Below are positions 34,279 through 40,114 of a stretch of 40,114 nt of DNA, in pieces (within the stretch, counting starts at the first letter, position 1; every line of letters starts with the position of its first letter). The notes beneath the pieces are model-generated. The model did no database searches. It was given only the letters and a program-made list of their open reading frames with translations, and was not told the origin of the DNA. Made by a program: the position numbers and the translations under genes. The DNA is from Octopus bimaculoides. Its lineage: Eukaryota. The DNA lies in assembly GCF_001194135.2 (NCBI RefSeq), contig NC_068990.1, forward strand, positions 18,441,309 to 18,481,422. Direction: 5' to 3'.

Positions 34279-37185
34279 AGCGATTTCCATAGAACAAATT
34301 ATTATTATTGTTGCTGCTGTTTATGATGTCTAACGCCCAGTACTATTTAGAACGTGTAACGCCACGGATCTGATTCTTTCCAGGCGTGACTTTTGCAAGC
34401 ATTACATCTTGACGTAATTAGAAAATACATCCTTCAGTTTTGAGACAATAGAATGTGCTTTGAAAAACAATGAGCTTTGCAAAATGTTTAGCTCCTGCAA
34501 CTGTCAAGTCGGTCCAGTTCATAGAGGTATCCTTGTTGGCTCGTGCTTTGTGTATGCAAACAGGACTTAGTTCATATTCGAAATTAGTCAACAGCAAGGC
34601 CACATATGTTCTGGTTCACATAAAATAGTTCTCCTGTCCATATTTTATCAGATGATTATGTTACTTCTTCATCACCATTTTCACAATATTTTATTCATGA
34701 GGAAACAATCAACCATTGTAATCATATTTAAAAAAAAAAACAAAAACAAATAAAAAAACCCGTAATTTACAAGCTAGTGTGTGTATTTGTTTATGTATAC
34801 ATGTGTGTTTGTGTTACGTGTTTGTGATTTTTTTTTAATATTTATTCTCAACATGTTTGAATTTTAATTCCGCTAATCTTCCATCCACTTAAATATAATT
34901 CAACGGCGTCAAGTATTTATTTTATAATTATTCAGCATTAAGCAAGGTACATAAATAATCCAGCGAGTGAGCATGTTTGCAGTCGATCAACATGTTAGAA
35001 ATACCAACCAATTTGATAGAAAATTACACCGTACTGTTTTATAAATGGAGGGAAATATCGGACAGTGTACTTATTGATATACAGTGCTGAAGGGAAGGAA
35101 TGAGAAACGATAGCTGCAAAACTTTATACCTCAGTGGCCTTCGCCTGATTTAGGTTAAGCAACAACAGAAATAAAAACAAGGAAAGCAGTGAATGAAAGT
35201 ACTCTCACTTCAGACATGAGTTTCAGGTGTTTACTGGGATGTCGGTTCTTTTATCAACACCAGAGAAAGGAGGGCCAAATGTAGCGCCCCATTCAGTGGA
35301 ATGTGAACTCCTTCCGTGTGTCATTTTTTTTAATACATCGGTAAACTTAGAGCATATCATAATGTTCGTGTTTTCTCTCTCATTAGCCTGCTGAGGCAGT
35401 CTTAACTGCACATGCGCAATATTTTTGAAGTGATATTTGCCACAAAAACAAAAACACCATTTTAATGATATGAAGGAATCCTTATTATCATTATGCCTCT
35501 AAGCAATGAATGAAACCCTTATGTACTCGCTCTACCGTGTAGATATCATAGACAATTCTCCGTCAAATCACATCCTGTTATCTTTAAAACTATTAGATAA
35601 TGTACGCCTCGATAACTTATGGATTACCAAGGCCTTTGGTCATAGCCTATCCAATAAAGGCTGACCTAATGTTAAACCACTCTATACAACTACAACCATG
35701 AAATTGCCAGATCTAGTAGGAATTTTACTGTCAGATATGAAAATCTGAAGTATTGAAAACGTAATATCTGTTCGCGTAACGATGTTAATAGACACAATGG
35801 CTAAACATTCTATGTAGAGAAATATATTATTAAATCTGTTACGATGTTATACAACACCACAAGGAATTTCATCTTTTATCTGCCATAAATAAGTAATGGC
35901 AATTAATTAAAATAGGAAATTTGTACATTGCTATTATTGCAAACGTTTACTGGTATACAACTTATCACCATTTTTTTTTTAGAGAAGGAAGGATTAGATT
36001 CAACTATGAAGACCTAATGTTTTGTATACACACTCGGGAAAAAAGTTAAAGGTCGTTCATTCTCACTCTAGTGTTCATCCCACGCCCATTAACATCAATT
36101 GGTTCCCATAAAGGGGTTTAAATCGGAATAATATGCTGTTCGGTCAGTATATAATTATAAGTATTTCTTTTGTATTACAGTTTAACTCCAAGTCATAATT
36201 GATTGCATAAGGCTGTGATGACTATCATTTTAAAGGTATAATGCTAAGGCTACAGTGCCTTTTTTTAAGGCGATTTGGTAGTGCTTTCTACGCTCTCGGT
36301 TAACTATAAAGAGGTACACTCGTTTGGGGCGAGATCTTGTCACCGTTGTGTCGTGCGTAATTTTACGTGGTGTTATGAGATATAATCTTCCCATTGGAGA
36401 GATACTATACTTATAATTACTGTTCAAACTCAGAATGAGATAAATATAAATGTTTACATGATGCGAATGTAACGAAGAGTTACGTGAATATCATCAAATA
36501 AGAAGCAGCTTAGGAAAAAACAAGGCAAATAGATTCACAAATAACATCCATAGATTATATCATAAGGCAAACAGGATCTAAATAGTTAACGATCGGCACA
36601 AACCAGTTTGATCTCTTTCACAGCACACCTGAATATCTTCATAAAATGTAATACGGTGGATAATACTGCTTCGCATAGAGTAAAGCTGAAAAGGGAACTA
36701 CTGATCGAGGCTGGAGTGCCTTGGATTTCAAGAAGTCTGGGCGACCAATGCTTACATAGATATAAAGCATATCATAGATAATATCATCGTTGAATTATTT
36801 CTTTATAATGTACGAATGTATGTGTGTGTTCAAGGACATGTATGTATATATANNNNNNNNNNNNNNNNNNNNNNNNNNNNNNNNNNNNNNNNNNNNNNNN
36901 NNNNNNNNNNNNNNNNNNNNNNNNNNNNNNNNNNNNNNNNNNNNNNNNNNNNNNNNNNNNNNNNNNNNNNNNNNNNNNNTAAATTTATATAAATAAGGAT
37001 GAGATCATTATTTAGAAATACCGATCTTATCAGGTGGTCACTATTTTGTCTCTTTGTCTATGCTCCTGATGCTGAATGAAGATTTAATGTAGTTTTAGAG
37101 TCAAAGTTTGATAGCTATTTCAAGCATGTGGTATCTCTTAGACACCCTAAATTATAATTTATATATATATATAAATATATATATA

Positions 37186-37655
37186 TACGAAATTTGAGCA
37201 ATAAATATCCGGATTTTTGCTATAGTAACGAAGCTATAGCGCCCAAAGTAAAGCCGCTTGGCAATGACTGACCGTGAACTCTACTTGTGAATGCGCTGTA
37301 AGTTTTTACGCCCTAGCCCACTTTCCCAGTTTACAGCAGGGCCTGGAAGGAAGGTGTGTAGCGTGTTATCGTCGCACTGACCCTGATAGAGAAAGTTGTC
37401 ATGGCAACACCTACTCAGAGGACTACGCAAAGTTGCAGAAAATGTATGGAGAAGAATTTATGTGATAGCCGAAAAACTCTCTATATTGAGGAACGTTCTG
37501 GGAGAACTGCAACCAACAGAAGTGAGAAAAACATCGCAGATGTGCAAGCAGGCGTGAGGGGAAATCGTTGAATCACCATCCGTGAGTTATCAGAGAATGT
37601 GCAGATTAGTTATAGTTCCCCACAGTCTATTATCACTGAAGATTTGTGTATGAGA
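37186..37655 (+). mobile_element. mariner transposon, 5' half (left terminus plus N-terminal HTH region), ending at an assembly gap
   Basis: Begins TA|CGAAATTTGAGCAATAAATATCCGGA right after a TA run. The broken translation YAKLQKMYGEEFM / DSRKTLYIEERSGRTATNRSEKNIADVQAGVRE / NR*ITIRELSENVQISYSSPQSIITEDLCMR matches the mariner N-terminal pattern (..L...YGE..MS...ERSGRP.T....ENI..V...V..DRR.TIRE.A....IS.GSV..I..EDLGM). It carries an internal deletion, a frameshift and a stop. Confidence 0.85.
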
Positions 37656-38334
37656 NNNNNNNNNNTATATATATATATATATATATATATCTATATATAT
37701 ATACACATACACATCTATACACATATACACGCACACACACAAACACACACATACGCACACACACACTCATGCATATAAGTATAAATAAAAGAAATGTGGT
37801 GATGTTTAAAATATTTTCGGAGCAATGAATAAAAAGATAGAAAATTTGTAGATATTTGTCGAACATTCTTCTATCATTCAGACTGTAGGCTATACTCTAA
37901 AAATGATGCACCTGCAAAATTAACAGGCCGAGCAAGCAATTAAAGCTCTCACGTGGTTTCATTATAAAAGTTTCATAAATAAGTTTGAGTCATCATAAAA
38001 GTGAATTGGACGCCGATGACGTGTAATCGATTCTAAAACATGACATACCAAGTAAGAATAGAATTCGTGATAGACCTGCGTCATTGGACCCATTTTAGTA
38101 TGGTTGTTATGTTCGGCACGGGCCCGCACATAGATTCAAATTAAATACTCAGGATTATTTAAAAAATCAACAAATGTACAGTGTTTCTGATACTCACATG
38201 AGACACTCGTGAATGAATTTTCGGGTGCCACGTGTTAGAATCACAAAGATACTGCAACACCTGTGATACAAAACAAACCTGGATTACACGGTTGTTCATA
38301 CAGTAACATCTTATGGCTTTCAAGACTTCACAAC

Positions 38335-38370
<36 letters not shown>

Positions 38371-38859
38371 CTTATGCCTTCCAGTACTCCGTAAAACTAT
38401 ATATATTTAGAAGTGTAATTTATTGATTATATTTATTTGTACTTTTATTTCAGTTTGTGATTGCCACCGATGCGCAGTTTATCATTATATTCCGTTTTAA
38501 ATTTTCTTCGGAATTAATATTTACATCAAAGTCTAATGGGGTTGCATCTATCATCCTTTACCACTCTTTTCGAATAATACTATCGTTTTTTCTAACATTA
38601 TTAATCTTGTTGCATTCTTTTCATTGTCACCGAGTCGTTTATCACATTAGATGGAACTTTAAAATTAATAAGAATCAAAGGGTAATAGGGCTGTTAAAGG
38701 CAATGAATACATTAATGGCGCTATCGCTTCTACTTCCCTTTTATTCTCAATCACAATATAAAACGTTGTAATGCTCAAACAGGATAGTATCACCCACGCT
38801 GAGGAGTAATTACTTTAATGTAAATATATTCATTTATTGCTCAATATTAAGCTTAGGAA

Positions 38860-39050
38860 AAGTGGCGAGCTGGCAGAATCATTAGCATGCCAGGCAAGAT
38901 GCTTAGCATCTTTATGTTCTGAATTCAAATTCCACTGAGATCAACTTTGCCTTTCATCCTTTCGGGATCTTATAAAATAAGAAGCAGCTGAGCACTGGGA
39001 TCGGTGTAATAGACTTATTCCCACCCGAAAAATTGCCAAATTTGGAAATC
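38860..39050 (+). mobile_element. Family-B SINE copy
   Basis: GTGGCGAGCTGGCAGAATCATTAGCATGCCAGGCAAGATGCTTAGC...TTCTGAATTCAAATTCCACTGAGATCAACTTTGCCTTTCATCCTTTCGGG...ATAAAATAAG, the same modules as 25265-25505. Confidence 0.8.
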
Positions 39051-39669
39051 AGTGTTTACCATCGTTCCCGTTGCTTTGCGAGTTGCCGAAAGAAATGTGC
39101 AAATCCAGTAAAGAGTTTAATGAAAATTCAAGATTTTTCTTCTTGTTTGATATAGGTTAGATGACCTGAAAATAGAATACTCTTACATTATTATTTGATT
39201 TGTTATGGCAATAATTATTGTCGCTGACTTCGAGATGATAAATGTGGAACTTGGTATCCTTTTCATTTATTCCCGTCGAAACAGACATTTCATAAATTTT
39301 CTGTGTTATACAGCAGAATCCTAATGTTAGACCTGTCATTGTTTTTGTTGCTGTTGTTCCTGCTGTGGTTGCCATTAAACACCATGGCAACCATCATCTA
39401 ACAGCTTTATTTTCAAAGTTGCTTCATATTCTTGTCATTGTACGTAATACAAAGTTTTCTTCACATATTTAAGGGGGCAGCGTGTGATGTGAAGGTTATA
39501 TATTTAGTTGCTATTTCTAGCAAGTGCAACATCTCAATATAAACTTTCTGATTAGATCGAGCAGTGAGCCATTTGACGCCTTGATAGCTGCACCCCGACA
39601 TAACATACAAACGCCGACTGACACATTTGATATGGAATGTTAAGAGACGAATAAGAGATGATTGCTTTT

Positions 39670-39880
39670 ATATTTTATCTTTCACTTGTTTCAGCCACAA
39701 GACTGCGGCCTTGATGGGCCACCACCTTGAAGGGTTTTTCGTCTAATGAATCAACCCCAATACTTACTTTTCAAAATCCTGGTACTTATTCTATTGGTGG
39801 TTTTTGGCGAACTGCTAAGTTACGGGGTCGTAAATACATCAACACAGTTGTGAAGCATTGACAGTGACAAAGACACGCAC
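39670..39880 (-). mobile_element. SINE family C, 3' part
   Basis: Plus strand TTTTATCTTTCACTTGTTTCAGCCACAAGACTGCGGCC...GGTACTTATTCTATTGG...GCTAAGTTACGGGGTCGTAAATACATC, running into a GT/TA microsatellite on its 5' side. It shares the ATAAGTACC...TGGGGTYGAT motif with family B. Confidence 0.7.
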
Positions 39881-39996
39881 ACATAAATATATGCATATGC
39901 ATATATATATATCTGTGTGTGTGTGTGTGATTGTGTGCGTGTGTATGTGCGAGTGTGCGTGCGTGTGTGTGTGTGTGTATATATATATACATATAT

Positions 39997-40083
39997 ACAT
40001 TTCTTTTATTAGCCACACAGGGCTCAACGAAGATGGGACAAATACAATGTAGAGCTTTTCTTTTTGGGAGGGGGAAGGAAGGA

Positions 40084-40084
<1 letters not shown>
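39997..40084 (-). mobile_element. Probable LINE 3' end fragment
   Basis: TTTATT at 40005-40010 is AATAAA on the minus strand, next to a microsatellite. The sequence TTTATTAGCCACACAGGGCTCAAC resembles a common octopus repeat as I recall it; unverified. Confidence 0.35.

Positions 40085-40114
<30 letters not shown>
40085..40114 (+). repeat. Poly(A) run at the window end
   Basis: Seen directly (30 A). Confidence 0.95.

Noticed and set aside
35227-35340. Possible 114-nt plus-strand exon (TTTCAG|GTG...TCG|GTAAAC)
   Set aside because: Mediocre splice sites and an unrecognised peptide; no better than background.
39324-39401. 25-aa signal-peptide-like ORF MLDLSLFLLLLFLLWLPLNTMATII*
   Set aside because: The Leu run comes from a (TTG/CTG) low-complexity tract, the ORF stops immediately, and there is no donor site.

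Overview
AT-rich, microsatellite-dense animal genomic DNA from a gapped draft assembly (7 N-gaps, 1862 nt in total). The SINE families match my recollection of octopod cephalopod (Octopus-like) repeats; I have not verified this by search. I cannot support any intact protein-coding gene, tRNA, rRNA or CRISPR array, and the window reads as intron or intergenic DNA. Most ORF-track entries are artefacts of simple repeats or N-runs. The clearest content is decayed mobile DNA. (1) A GC-rich, 5'-truncated Tol2/Ac-type hAT transposase pseudogene at about 10961-12417, with nonsense and frameshift lesions and two of three catalytic residues lost. (2) Remnants of three Tc1/mariner-superfamily transposons: pogo/Tigger-like (about 9349-9850, -), maT/DD37D-like 3' end (about 24162-24340, -) and mariner 5' half (37186-37655, +). 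(3) About 15 copies or fragments of at least four tRNA-derived SINE families that share modules, including five same-orientation copies stacked at 2.5-3.8 kb. Two CpG-rich patches (about 18550-18900 and 21714-21840) look promoter-like or exon-like, and a few candidate micro-exons exist, all unproven. I found no convincing novel biological system. The best leads are possible horizontal transfer of the hAT element, a splice acceptor at its 5' boundary, SINE module shuffling, and an RFX X-box inside the mariner remnant.
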